In this document: piece by piece, positions 25,240 to 37,440 of the stretch
Layout of the letters: each line of letters starts with the position of its first letter
How positions within the stretch are numbered: position 1 is the stretch's first letter
Translations under genes and position numbers: made by a program
Assembly (NCBI RefSeq): GCF_021028975.2
Contig: NC_059432.1
Span: forward strand, 65,720,001 to 65,784,000
Direction of reading: 5' to 3'
DNA: 64,000 nucleotides
From: Sphaerodactylus townsendi
Lineage: Eukaryota
Notes under the pieces: generated by a model
Seen by the model: the letters and a program-made list of their open reading frames with translations, nothing else
The model's database searches: none
Told to the model about the DNA's origin: nothing

Positions 25240-28200
25240 CTATTAACAGAAAAAGTCAAGACTCCTAATAAGAGAATCGTATAAGAACACTCCCCATTAA
25301 CTTATGGCATTGAAAGAATCATACACAGACATTAGCACTTAGTTAGAAATGTCCCAGGATGTAGTGAGGTTCCTCTTTTTGGTTTGAAAACAACTCAATC
25401 CATCAAAGATATATTAGTGTATACCGATAGACAGCTGAATACGCTTGTTGAACTCCAGGCACTAGGGCACTGTAAGTGCTCAGGCTGCTCAGTACGTAAA
25501 CTAACTTTGGTCACAAAGGGGTTCAGCCATCCCAGTCTGAACTGAACTTGTTGACTGAACCAGTTCAGCAATTACAACACTGAAAAATCAGTATATCTAT
25601 GCTTATGCCCCTGTCCAAAGTTTTATATAGGGAAAAGTTTAATGTACGTAAAAATAGAGGATTGAAGAACACAGGTCTGACATCAAATATTTTGTTTTGG
25701 ATGCACCTGTGATAGAATACTTCATGATTTACTCTTTGCTCTGGACTCTAAAAATTAATAAATATGACTTTGAGGACACTCAGTGTTTATTATTGCAATA
25801 AGAAACTAGATTTAGTAAGTCCGTGATCCCATTGGGACTTAATGCCAGTATAGATTTTTCCTCCTTGTAGATTAAATGAATAGACTAAGGTGCCTTTATT
25901 CAAATTCAGGCTTCCAGATAGTTGCTAATTGCCTACATGTATTCTGACTAGTAAATGCACTTATGTGCAAATTGTTTCTCTGGGAACTCTGTTGAAGATC
26001 TTCCAAGGTATTGCATGTCCCGAGAGAGCTGTGCTATGCAGGAGGTTACATAGTCATTGTGTTGAGCTTTTTTTCCTACAGGTAAGTTTAACTTATATTC
26101 ATTTTCTACCTTTAGACTTAGATGTGAAGACTATAGACTTACATTATTCTTACCCACTACAGATTTAAGAATCCAGTTAAGGACACACCACACTGAAATG
26201 ACCCAATTCCTATAAAGGTTTGAGTTCCTGTGCTGAGAACTTTTGTACTGAGGAATACCTCATTAGGTTGCAAACAGTTTGGTTATTGGAGATCTGCTTA
26301 CTATACCTTTTACTGTCTGTGAGCCTCTTTAAACTATTTGTTATGATTTAAAGGCTTCGGGTCTTTAGGCTGGAAGTAACTGCCAGTTAATGCCTTGCCA
26401 AAAATAATTGTTTGCAGTTTCTAACTTGCTAATTACTTACATCATAAAAAGGAAGAAATAAGTTGTCAGTACTTTTCATTAGCGTCATTTACAATTGACT
26501 CATACGAGGCTTCTGTTCAACTGGTGCTGCACTTGATGTCAAATTTGTATTTGCAGTGCTGTACAGTGGATAAGATGTTCTGCATATTTGTGAATATGGA
26601 AGTTTTGTGATGCTTAGTACAAATTTGAGAAGCTGTTCTCTTGCCATTATGTTATTGTATAAGATAGAGTGTCCTGTGTATATATATGTGCTAATTTAAG
26701 CTTTAAGATTGTTATACATATTTATAGTTTCATTAACTTTGATTACCTATGAGGTTATATATATGGCCAAATTAATCACAATTTGATGTTAAGTTGTTCA
26801 TTGCACCTGTATGAAACAGAGTGATTGTATGCACAGACTTTACTATAATGTACCTTTGAATAATAGAAGATAGATATGTGCGCTGTTATTCTTGCCAACC
26901 CATATACGGTTTCAGTTGTTTTAGAGGAATTGATTGTAATGTTAACTTAAAATGTAATATGTGAAATGTGAGTATTTACATGCAGTCTAGGCTTAAATGA
27001 GAGTGTTATTTCTATTTTCAAAATCTGAATGCTTTGCCTGTTGCACTTTGATTGTCAACCTTAGATGTGTTGTTTGTATCATTAAGTTCCTTTTACAGGC
27101 ATCAAACTAGCTGACTGCTTTTTCTTTGTCATTGTTTCAGAAAGTGGTAAGCTGGCTGTATTGAGTGATCTTAAATAGGAACATTTTCTCATGTCAGCAG
27201 ACCAAAAATGGAAAAACTTACAAGGTGACTGGTGACAGCTTTATTGTCATATAAAGACTCTATGCATTTCACCGGTTTAGCTTCATCAGGGGGATCAGAG
27301 TTCTTTTTGATGAACCTGTCCACAGCAATTGAGTCCTGTTATTGAATACACCATTTACCTTGCATCTTTTTTTGCCTTTTTTGGTTTGCTGAAACGTTGC
27401 TTGGTGTAGCCCTATTTTTCTTCCTTTTTGCATTTTCTCATGCATCTAAAACCTTTCAATTGGATGCTTCAAAGCATACTATTTCTGGAATGACTTGCTG
27501 ACTTCTTCATTGGCAGTAACTTAATTCTGTTTTGCCACTTTGAGCTATATTCTGTGTCTGGGCATCACTGTTAATAAAATATTGTGAAGCTTGTACACTT
27601 GATTTTTCACTTTTGAGTGTGTATTCTGTTTGATATATGTCTTAAGCTTTTTTAAAAAAAACATTAACTTTTTTTTAGTTTGGACTATTTTGTGGCTAAT
27701 ATTATCTCTGTGGAAATAGAGTGCTACTTACCTTGTACAACTAAGTAAAGCCAGTGTCTCATGATTTCTTACATGGGAAATAAATGTAACAAAATATTAA
27801 TATTCATGTAAAAATAGGATTGTTCAAAACATTTTTCATTGATCTGTTTTGAATTTGATCTTTACTATCTTAAGTGACTGTTTTTTTGTGGTTGGTTGTT
27901 CAGACATTGACATGTCACAGTTGCGATTGATTCATATTTGGAATATTAAATTCAAATTAAAATTTTTATGGCAGGCTTTGATCAAGTCTTCAAAATTCTA
28001 ACATCTGCATGTACCTTGGAGAGTTATATGAATTTAAGCTTGTGAACTCTCCCATTGAAATAAACAAGACTTTACCTGTTTGTAAAATTGCACATGTGAA
28101 ATTCAGATGGGGTTGGCCTGCTTAGTTGCTTAAAGGGAGGATCTACCCTGCCTAATTATAACTTGGAGTGTCATTTTAATTTGTTCCTTGTATTAAGTTA

Positions 28201-28479
28201 ATAGAAGGCAACAGAAATATTTGGAAAGACATTTTCCTTATTAAATGGAGCACAGGATTACTGGCTCTAAGTACATTTTTCAGGGTTTTTTGTTCTAGTC
28301 TATGATAAATTGATAATGGTGGCTTCATATTGTCTGTGTGTGTGGTGTGTTTCTGCCTTCTTCATGTATTTGAATTCCACCAAGGCAAATTTTGATATTG
28401 CAGTCTGTGTTATAGATGTATAACTAATTCCCTGTCAAAGAGAAGTAGCTGCCTTAACAATGACCTTAGCAAAAGCTTC

Positions 28480-30105
28480 AGCCAAAAGAAAACACAATCA
28501 GTTATCAGAAAAGGGGGGAAATCACCAAAGATGAATTCAAACAAATAAAGAAAATGTGTAGGGAAAAAGTCAGAAAAGCTGAAGCTGAGACTTGCCAGAG
28601 AGGTTAAAAACAATAAAAAAGGCTTTTTTGGTTATGTCCGTAGCAAAAGAAAGAAAAAGATAGGATAGAGTCACTGGAAAAGATGGCAAAAAGTGCGGCT
28701 GTGGCTGCAGCGCGGCCCACCATTGCGGGACGAAGGGGCCCAGGTGAAAGCTGCATCTTTGCCCACACAAGGGCAAGGACGCAACGTCACGGCCTGGCCT
28801 GCGCATGCGTGGGAGTCGGGTCACGGGGACAGTGAGCCGCGTCATCAATGGATACGGGCCACTGGCCCTCCACATGCGTTGGTGGTTCAACTCGGCAACA
28901 ATGACATCCCGGCTGTGCCTCACATTCAACTCCTCCAGGCGATTGTCGCAGACATTCATGCAGTGCACCAACTTGCACCCGGGACAATGCACTTCTGGTA
29001 TCACCTGTTGGAACAGCGGGTCTGGCAGGGGGCAGTTAATCCTCATCGGGTGGATCAGGCGAGAGAAAGGACATGCAGGGCTGTATCACGGGTGGTTCAG
29101 GGGTTAAGGGGGCAGGAGGTCCTTCACCATGATATTTCATTCCGGGTAGAGGCCTTGTATAAGGCAGATGGGGTTCACCTATCACAACGGGGCATGGATC
29201 TCTGGCTGCATACTCTGAGGCTGGTATTGTGATTGGCTTGGAGTTTAGGAAGCTTATGGCAGAAGTTGGGCGGAAGAGGACCACCACCCCCTGCTCTCTG
29301 GCGGATTGCGCTTGGGGGGGTTTGATCTGTTTCAGAAAGGGGAGCTGCGGGAGCTCTCCAGGGATTACACCTCCTTAAGAGGTTGGGGTGGAGTGAGCTG
29401 AAGGTCGGGATGTCTGGCAGGGGCTACCAGGCTTGCGCCCGAGTGGCAAAGTAGAACAGTCACCACAACAGGGTCTATTGCCCATCTGGCAAGCCCCAGT
29501 ACAGTCTTTCCTTTGCGGTCAATTCCTCCAGCAAATGGTTTGGGTGACAGCAGTTGTGCTGGCCCGAGGTATGGATCAAACTCCTCTATGCTGTGCCATT
29601 TTCTTTCTTCCTGTTAACTTCTTGTCAATAAATACCTCTGGCTGTGGCCAAAAATTATTTGTCCACAAAGTGTTGCGTGTTTATTAGGACAGTGATGGTT
29701 TGGTGTCAACTTGAACAAGCAGGATCCCTCTTTGGCCTTCAATGCTAACAGGAGATGGAGAAAAGGCAGAACTATTCAACACCTTCTTTACCTCAGTCTT
29801 TTCCTAAAAAGGAAACTTACTAGAGTTCTTTGAGGGTGTAAACAGGCATGTGGATAAGGGGGAACCAGTGGACATTGTCTACTTGGATTTTCAAAAGGCT
29901 TTTGACAAAGTTCCTCACTAGAGACTATTGAGAAAACTCAGCAATCAAGGAATAAGAGGGGAAGTCCTGTGGATTAAAAACTGGTTGAGAAACAGGAAGC
30001 AAAGAGTGGGTGTAAATGGGAAATTCTCACAATGAAGAGATGTAGGGAGTGGTGTTCCCCAAGGATCCGTTTTGGGACCAGTGCTCTTTAACCTATTCAT
30101 AAATG
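28480..30105 (+). mobile_element. CR1 LINE ORF2 fragments, split by an insertion at ~28691-29740
   Basis: KLRLAREVKNNKKGFFGYVRSKRK..DGK / MLTGDGEKAELFNTFF and EFFEGVNRHVDKGEPVDIVYLDFQKAFDKVPH..SGVPQGSVLGPVLFNLFIN. Confidence 0.92.
28691..29740 (+). mobile_element. Ngaro-like YR retroelement 3' fragment carrying an SGNH/GDSL-hydrolase ORF (28693-29232)
   Basis: PHALVVQLGNNDI (block III GxND) and LYKADGVHLSQRG (block V DxxH). The GC-rich insert interrupts the CR1 frame, with aataaa..tgtggcc near its 3' end. Confidence 0.7.
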
Positions 30106-30193
30106 NNNNNNNNNNNNNNNNNNNNNNNNNNNNNNNNNNNNNNNNNNNNNNNNNNNNNNNNNNNNNNNNNNNNNNNNNNNNNNNNNNNNNNNN
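30106..30193. other. Assembly gap (~88 N)
   Basis: Run of N between a CR1 RT fragment and half of a palindromic MITE. Confidence 0.97.
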
Positions 30194-30841
30194 NGCTGGT
30201 AGGGGCTGATGGGAATTGTAGTTCCTGAACATCTGGAGAGCCGCAGGTTCCCTACCCCTGGGCTAGCAGCACCAAACTTTCAGGGATTGTTTGGGGGACT
30301 CTCCTGATGATACTACCTGGGTTTGGTGAGGTTTGGTTCAGGGGGTCCAAAGTTATAGACTCCCAAAGGGGGTGCCCCCATCCTCCATTGTTTTCAATGG
30401 GAGCTAATAGAACATGGGGGCCACACCTTTGAGGGTTCATAACTTTGGACCCCCTGAACCAAACTTCACCAAACCTGGGATATATTATCGGGAGAGTCTC
30501 TTATCAATACCACCTAAGTTTTGTGAAGCTTGGTCCAGGGGGTCGAAAGCTATGGACTCCCAAAGGGGGTGCCCCCATCCCCCATTGTTTCCAATGGGAG
30601 CTAATAGGAGATGGGGGCTACACCTTTGAGGGTCCATAACTTTGGACCCCCTGAACCAAACTTCACCAAACCTGGGTGGTATCATTAGGAGAGACTCCTA
30701 AAGATACCCTGAAAGTTTGGTGCTTATAGATTAACAATTGCCCCCCTGACAGCAGGCACCCCCCCAAATTTCCCCAGATTCTCCTTTTAAATCCACCCCC
30801 TTCGGCATGGATTTAAAGGGAGAATCTGAGGTCCTCAGTTT

Positions 30842-31123
30842 AGAAGAAGAAGAAGAGTTTGGATTTATATCCCCCCTTTCTCTCCTGTAGGAGACTCAAA
30901 GGGGCTTACAATCTCCTTGCCCTTGCTCCCTCACAACAAGGTGGGTGGGGCTGAGAGAGCTCAGAAAATCTGTGACTAGCCCAAGGTCACCCAGCTGGCG
31001 TGTGTGGGAGTGCACAGGCTAATCTGAATTCCCCAGATAAGCCTCCACAGCTCAAGTGGCAGAGCAGGGAATCAAACCCGGTTCCTCCAGATTAGAATGC
31101 ACCTGCTCTTAATCACTATGCCA
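30842..31123 (-). mobile_element. tRNA-derived SINE (Squam3-like) nested in the hAT element; duplicate at ~60176-60458
   Basis: Same family as 39675-39980, with a (gaa)n tail on the plus strand. Confidence 0.85.
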
Positions 31124-31528
31124 CATTGAAAGTGATGCTGTTTCAGGGTGGGGGATAATCCACCCCAAAACAGCATCACTTTCAATGTTGTTTAACTAGG
31201 GACCCCAGATTCTCCCTTTAAGGTGGATTTAAAAGGAGAATTTGGGCTCTCTAGTTTAAACACCATTGAAAGTGATGCTGTTTGGGGGTGGATTCCAGCA
31301 TCAGCGCTAGGCCAGGGGCGGGGCTTGGGGAGGCGTGGCCATGCCCTGGGGCAGGCGGGGGTGTGCCCCCCCCCAACCTCCCCCCATAAAAAATCTATAC
31401 CTACGTCCCTGCCTTCATGCCATTTGAATAAGCACAGCCTGTTCGGCCACCACACTCCTCTCCATTTGTAGACCAAGGCCTCCCCAGTCGAGGAATTATT
31501 TCACTACCACGGAATCCTCTGAAGATAC

Positions 31529-31603
31529 CTGGCTAGAGAAGGCTCCTCCTCTACGAGGAGCTAATACAAGCCGAATCCTGCCAAGTAAAGCTCGCAGCAG
31601 CAT
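31529..31603 (-). CDS. COX15: COX15 exon 1 in the duplicate block (orphan; clean reading [25 protein letters not shown])
   Basis: ATG to CAG|gtatct gives 25 codons, phase 0 compatible with exon 2. The Arg-rich, acid-free peptide resembles a mitochondrial presequence. Confidence 0.65.
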
Positions 31604-31854
31604 CACTTCCAAATACAACCCGGACGTAGTTTGTTTCTGTCATCAGATTTGTTACAACTACTTCCGGAATACAAGACACCAACGCAGTCCATGTTCATGA
31701 TACCATGTGACATGTAGGAGGGCGGTGCTTGTTTTTCTCTCGCGCTCAGCAGGGGCAGGTAGGAACGGAGGGGCGTGGCTTCTCCTCAGGGGCGCGCGGC
31801 ACAGAACTGTCAATACCGACGTCGCCTCCAGAGTCCCATCAAGGCGGACGCGTG

Positions 31855-34800
31855 ATGAAGAGAGGGGACAGGAAGCGGGGGCCGGAGGGTGGGTCGCGGG
31901 TGAGTGGGCGGGGACTCGACCGGAAACCGAGTTCAGAAGGGAAACAGAATCCTAAGGGCGGGGTCAAGAGCGGAAGTCATGGGTGCCTGTTGTATTGCAC
32001 AGTGGCTTGTATTGATTTTCATGAGGCACGTGGGCAATCAGGCGCACCCTCTGGGATCACCCAGCATGTTCCGCAGGGTCAAATTGCATTTGTTTAGGAA
32101 TTATCTTTGAGAGCAGAATATATTAGGTTGGTATTCTGTTCTCTGAAGTCGTAAATTCCAGGAAAAAGCCTGCCGTTTGGTTTTGCTTAATCCATCCGGT
32201 GGCTCTCTTCCTCTTCTAAAGCTGTAATGTTTAGTCAGTGCAGTTTAATTGCTTAAAACCATAAAAAGAAATTAACGATGATATCAACGTTAAATTTGTA
32301 TTTATTGAACAAAGACGTTCTAGCCCTTGTCCTAGAAAGGCAGTATGCGTGCCCAAGATTGCCAGAAAGAGCCACTGTGTGGATGGTTAGAATATCAGAC
32401 CCAGAAGGACTCTTGTTTCGAATTCCTGCTCAGTCCTGGTGGTTAATGAGTGACCTTGGGTCAGTGATTTTTTCACAGTATAATTACCTCACAACTACCC
32501 CAAGCTTCAACTGTGTGATTCTATGTTTCTAAATGATTCCTATACAATTCATTAAGGTTAAAATGCAGAAGTTTGAGTTGAATGGACAGTATTTTAAATA
32601 CACATGTAGGAAACTATTAAACTCACACTTCATCAGGATGACTAATTTGCATCTGCTCACTTTGTATGCCCAGAGGGCTGAAGAAAGGGAATTTAGGATA
32701 ACAACTTTACACACACCTTTCATGAAAGGCTCTGTGATGTCAGAATGCCTTTTGTAACTGATCCTTCTGTTATCGGGTCTCTAGAATTGCTCTGCACTAG
32801 CCAAAGTTGTTTCTGAATCCACTTTTTTGCTCATTTCTGTAAAGATTGTGGTTGGTGACTTGTAAAAGCTAGCATGTTACACTTTGTCAACCTGTTGCTG
32901 TTTAGCCACTCCTGAACATCTCAAGATGAAAGGATCCAACTAAATACTTCAGTATAATGGAACTTTAGAGAGCATGCTTCTCAGCACCTGTTTTTCTGTT
33001 TTGTCACAGCAGAGCTGGATTTCCCCATAATATTTTACTGTATTTCTCTTCTAGGAATGGCCAATGGCTTTCTCATGGAAGTATGCGTTGATTCAGTGGA
33101 GTCTGCCGTAAATGCAGAAAGGGGAGGTAATGCTACAAAAAGACTGCAAAGGAAGGTGTGAGTCACCCTGTGAATAGCATAAAAAATCTCCACAGCTCCG
33201 ATCTAGAATAGTGACACAATGCGATTGTAATCCATGGGCTTAGAAGGATTACTTGGACGGTGCTTGGACTGTGAATCACTAGTTTTAGTTATGGAGTGTG
33301 CTTGTAGCAGAGGGATCCCTTGCAGTATTTGTGTGTTATTATGTGTGTTTTATGAAGATTTAGGAGACTTTCTGTTTGAAGTTCACTGTAAGATGTAATA
33401 CATTCCAGGAGCAAAAAACTCTGCTTATAGAATATAGGCTAAAATCAGATTATTTATTCTTAATGATCTTCATCTACCTATGTGAGATGGAAGTAGCCAA
33501 ATATTTTCCCTAAATAAAAACTTGAGAGAGACCTTTTGTTTAGTTTCCTGTTGTCTTCTTCAGATGTGAAATCTGTGAGCCCAGTAGAAGTTGTACTTCA
33601 GCTTGTGCTCTTGCTGCAGGTGCTGGCCGCCTTGAATTGTGTGCTAATCTGATGGACGGAGGAACTACACCTAGTATTGGTGAGTTGGTACCTGCAAGCT
33701 AAGATGCAACTCTCCAACTTCCTGTATTGTGTATCTGTTTGGAAACGCCAAGCATTAAGGACTGGTTCTGATAGGAGACATCGTAAGCTCGACCATCTGT
33801 CCTCCAGGCTCTTTGTTCATGAAAGAGGGAGGAAGTAGCTAATGTTTGTTCATCTCCTATTTATTAAAATGAATTTTCACCATTCACAAGCCTCTAAAAC
33901 GTAGTGGTGTTCTGCATACTCTTGTAGTAAAACCATTGTTTTTTTTCATTGGCATCTTCTGGAGAAACTTATGACAAGGCCAGCTGTAGTTATGTCATTA
34001 TTCCCCTTCAGCAGCCTTATCGCTGCCTTTGTTTGAGGTTTGCTTTCCTCCATTGTAGCTGCAAGATTCAGTGCTGAGAGTTTTACTCTCCCACAGATTG
34101 GTGAGCCTGCGTCACACTGCAGAGTTCTAGTTTGCACTTTCTATTTACTGGAATAGCTAGCTGTTCATGCTCTAAGAACTGAATCCATTTTTGCCTACAG
34201 GTCTTTTGCAATGAGTGAAGCAGTGTATAAGGGTGCCTGTATTTGTGATGATCCGTCCTCGAGGGGGGGATTTCCTCTATTCTGACCGGGAAGTGGAAGT
34301 GATGAAGGCTGACATTCGACTGGCCAAGCAATATGGGGCTGATGGGCTGAAATTGTTGGAGCCTTGGCCGAATATGGGAGTGTGGACACAGAGCTCTGCA
34401 CAGCACTGTTGGGTGAGTGGTTGAATGGGAGAAACTAAATCAGATTGCCTGCTAGTACTGCCTTTGTTTGTTTGTTTATATATTTGCTTTCCATTTCAAA
34501 ATCTGCTTAGTGTGACTCACAGATAAAGTGAAAAAACAAAACCCCACAACGGGTCTACATTATAAATACATTTAAAGTTCAGAAGCATTGAAACAATAAA
34601 AGTTTTAACCCTTGTTTTAAAAAGAACAAAGAGACCAAGAATTTTAAAGCCATTTTGAAATAAAATGGTATTTGACTGCCAGCAAAAGGCCTGCAATGAG
34701 GAATGATACTGTTTGCTCTCACTGAAGTGTTTGGGGTGAGGCCTTTGTTAGAAGGGCCAGTTTTAGAAGGGTTGTCTTTGACTCCCCTGCTTGGATGGGA

Positions 34801-35309
34801 AAGATTCTCACTGGACAAATATCCACTAACCACTTGGGAATCGATTCTTTTTGCAGCTGTTTCTCGCCCCCTGCCGGTCACCTTTCATAGAGGTGAGTTT
34901 CTGGGGTTTGGAATGGGGAAGGGAAAATAACAGTAGCCAGGATTGCTGTGTGGTGGACTAATGGCACAGGTATGGTGGCTCGTCTGCTGGGGCTATGAGA
35001 ATGAAATCTGAGTATGCATATATAAGTGGTGCTTACCATGGATGTGGCATTTTTCTATAGACTAAACAACCAGGGTTTTGCAATAAGATTTGGATTTTTT
35101 CAACATGTGGCTGATGTCTACATCTTGGAGTTTGCTTTTGCCAGTACAAACTGACATGCTCCATTTTCCTTGCAGCACGACATGGTCACCATGATCCACT
35201 AGCAGCATTAGAGACATTGATATCAGTGGGGTTCGAACGAGTGTTGACCAGTGGCTGTGACAGCTCAGCCCTGGAGGGGCTGCCTTTATTAAAGAGGCTG
35301 ATGGATCAG
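31855..35309 (+). CDS. CUTC: Copper homeostasis protein CutC homolog, copy 1: exons 1-6, truncated and locally garbled
   Basis: Exon 1 ~31855-31888/31899 (MKRGDRKRGPE, donor uncertain), then 33055-33126 (MANGFLMEVCVDSVESAVNAERG), 33620-33679, 34201-34412 (in-frame TGA and indels versus copy 2), 34857-34892 (AVSRPLPVTFHR), 35176-35309 (GFERVLTSGCDSSALEGLPLLKRL). Later exons are absent. Confidence 0.85.
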
Positions 35310-35863
35310 GTGAAGTGTAATTTCTCCCAGCTTAGTATAACTATGTTCTGCCTTTTGCTTGCTTTCGTGCAGACTGTTATCTCAAGAATTATGAAGCAAA
35401 GTATAAGAGTAAAAAGGAATACCAACGCTGTGGGCTTCAGGTGTTCATGTTCCTTTTTTTTTGTTCATACTAGAAAATTAAAATAATAAAAATAGAATAT
35501 GGAAATACTAAGCATGTTTTAGCACAGAATATGTATTTAAATATCATAGGGAAATAATACATATAGATTGCCATTTTTCCTTGTTCTCAAAATGCTGAGG
35601 TGCAACATTTACTTATTTAATTAATTCATTTGCAGCCCACTTCTTCAGCCAATAGGGATCCCAAACAGCTTACATCATTCTCCTCTACTGTATTTTATCC
35701 TTACAACAACCCTATGAGATAGGTTAGGCTGACAGTATAACTGGCCTAAGATCATCCAGCAAGCTTCCAAGACATGAGCGGTGATTTGAACCCAGGTCCC
35801 TAAATACTAGCCCAAAACTCTTAACCACCATACCACACTGGCTGTACCCAGTACTGCCTAGCT

Positions 35864-35963
35864 CAGTGGTGGCGAACCTTTGGCACTCCAGATGTTATGG
35901 ACTACAATTCCCATCAGCCCCTGCCAGCATGGTCAATTGGCCATGCTGGCAGGGGCTGATGGG
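35864..35963. mobile_element. Truncated palindromic hAT-like MITE at the CUTC/SLC25A28 junction
   Basis: cagtggtggcgaacc...actacaattcccatcagcccctgccagcatggtcaattggccatgctggcaggggctgatggg; the right arm stops abruptly. Related copies at 30194-30260 and 59484-59620. Confidence 0.8.
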
Positions 35964-36425
35964 TGGGTGGGGCATTTCAGGCGTCAGCCGAAACTTTCTG
36001 AAACCAAGCATACTGCTTCACAGACATAAAGGAAATCAGTTGTATTCTTGCCTACCTCTGGCTATCGTTTCAAGTTCACAAACTGGCAGGTGCTTGTTGG
36101 CTTCAGGAGACAAACGACATGAGATAAAGAATCTCTCTCAACAACGTAATTCATTCTCTCTACCCATCGACACAGGCGTCCCGGGTCAAGACTCACCGTT
36201 TCTTCGCTCAAACCAAATCGGACCGAACTACTGACTAACAAGGAACAGGACTCCTACGGAGCTACCTGGCCCCATATGCTGGCACTGTCCGAAGCCTTCT
36301 TCCATACCTGCTTCTCCCCAACTTTGCACGCCAAAGGACTCATCGCCACCCGTCCCGGCCCTGACTCCACTTCTCTCTCGCCTGCACATCTCCGCGCGCT
36401 CCTGCTTCTTTGCGCCTCTACTCAC

Positions 36426-36710
36426 CTTGACACAGTCCACGGGATACATGAGGCTGTGCTCCAGGACCCCGGCCACAGCCCCCGCCAACATGTGGGTGGA
36501 AGCAGCGGAGCCGCGTGGGAGGCCCTCATAGTCCGGCTCCGGGCCGGTCTCTGTACCTGTCCCGGCCCCACCCTCCCCACCGCCCCCCGGGGACCACGCC
36601 CAACCCGACCCTCCGCCGCCACCCCCGCCCAGAAGCAGGAAGAGCAGGCGGACCGGCTCCGCCCCGTCCCGCTGCCGGGGCCCAGCCGCACCGCCCGCCC
36701 CCAGCTCCAT
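36426..36710 (-). CDS. SLC25A28: Mitoferrin-2 exon 1 (remaining exons not in the window)
   Basis: MELGAGG...[38 protein letters not shown]|gtgagt is a mitoferrin N-terminus with the Px[DE]xxK carrier motif. Head-to-head with ENTPD7 as in human 10q24. Confidence 0.95.
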
Positions 36711-37440
36711 GGCGCCGCCGTCGAGTCCGCCGCTGGCCGCCTACTGGCTCCTGCAGCTCCCGCTCTCTTCGCCCCGCCTATGCAAGCCGCTCACTGGTCA
36801 GTGTCTAGATTCGCACCGCCCAAGGCCAGCCTTCATTGGTCGAACGAGATTCTGGTTAGCTCGTATTGGGTAATACGAGTCAGGTCGCTCGCCTGTCCGG
36901 ACTGCACATTGGACAAATTTTGTGTGACCTTTCGTTCTTCCCTCCTTACCGGACTACATTTCCTCAATGGGTGCGTCGAAGTCTAAAGAAGGCATGGTCT
37001 TATTGGCCATGACGACTGTCATGCAGAATGACAGACTTAAAAGGTCTGCGCAGTTTTTCTATGGCGCTTGCGGCTTGTTTGTAGCACCCCGGTTGGCTTT
37101 ATTAGTGATGACGTCGCGCGGGAAGTGTATGATTTTGCATAGAGAACAAGACAGCGGGCGATGGTTTGGACGGGAAATTACGCCAGCCTTGGAAGTTAAC
37201 GACAGAGCGCCTGCGCCGCTTTGGGAAAAGTTCGGGTGACGTTATTAGAGGAAGCGGACCTTGCTATTGGATTGGCTCAGATGCAGTGACGTGTCAGAAG
37301 TTCGGAATTATGCCTGCCGAAAGTGGCGGTGTCTCTCCTAGAAGTTGTAGCATAGTCTCTGGAATGCGGGTGGATTGGCTACCTGCGGTCGGAGGCGGAG
37401 CCGAGACTCCTGGGTTCGAATCCCGACGCCAGCTGTAAGA
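36711..37440. promoter_or_regulatory. CpG-island bidirectional promoter SLC25A28/ENTPD7
   Basis: High CpG density. Multiple ATTGG (CCAAT) boxes (~36835, 36865, 36908, 37002, 37271, 37374), CRE-like tgacgtc (~37108) and ZNF143-like actacatttcc (36953). Confidence 0.8.

Larger units (their letters stand above)
23340..25870 (+). mobile_element. Degenerate Penelope-like retroelement (RT plus GIY-YIG remnants), interrupted by two DNA-transposon insertions
   Basis: CPIVSASNSVLEP..SFIKDTKDFIAKV..VLATFDVSCL, FLDMEI..PFKKPSGRNALLHNSLYHPRHLRTNLPYGQFL and CPCPKFYIGK (~25605-25635). Confidence 0.85.
30194..35963 (+). repeat. Direct duplicate of ~59566-64000+ (COX15 intron 1/exon 1, promoter, CUTC 5' part)
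   Basis: Near-identical sequence: ORF 32533..32757 equals 61878..62102, and the window end at 64000 matches ~34681. Differences are mostly small indels. Confidence 0.96.

Noticed and set aside
25900-28400. Additional STAG1 exons or a conserved ncRNA in AT-rich sequence
   Set aside because: No frame matching the next STAG1 peptide (STNKKPRKSPGEK) and no recognisable structure was seen by eye.
28693-29232. Host or horizontally acquired bacterial GDSL lipase gene
   Set aside because: It lacks the N-terminal catalytic block and an ATG start, and lies in an insertion within a CR1; better explained as retroelement cargo.
30255-30720. CRISPR-like repeat/spacer pattern
   Set aside because: Eukaryotic DNA. 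The units are ~175-bp tandem repeats inside a hAT element, with no unique spacers or cas genes.
31855-35309. True CUTC paralog or pseudogene
   Set aside because: Introns are near-identical to copy 2, and the lesions are clustered indels or base swaps typical of consensus error. It cannot be called real without reads.
36276-36986. 236-aa plus-strand ORF
   Set aside because: Antisense to GC-rich SLC25A28 exon 1 and its promoter; stop-poor by composition, with no recognisable domain.
37345-37435. tRNA gene
   Set aside because: B-box and T-arm are present, but I could not form acceptor, D or anticodon stems.
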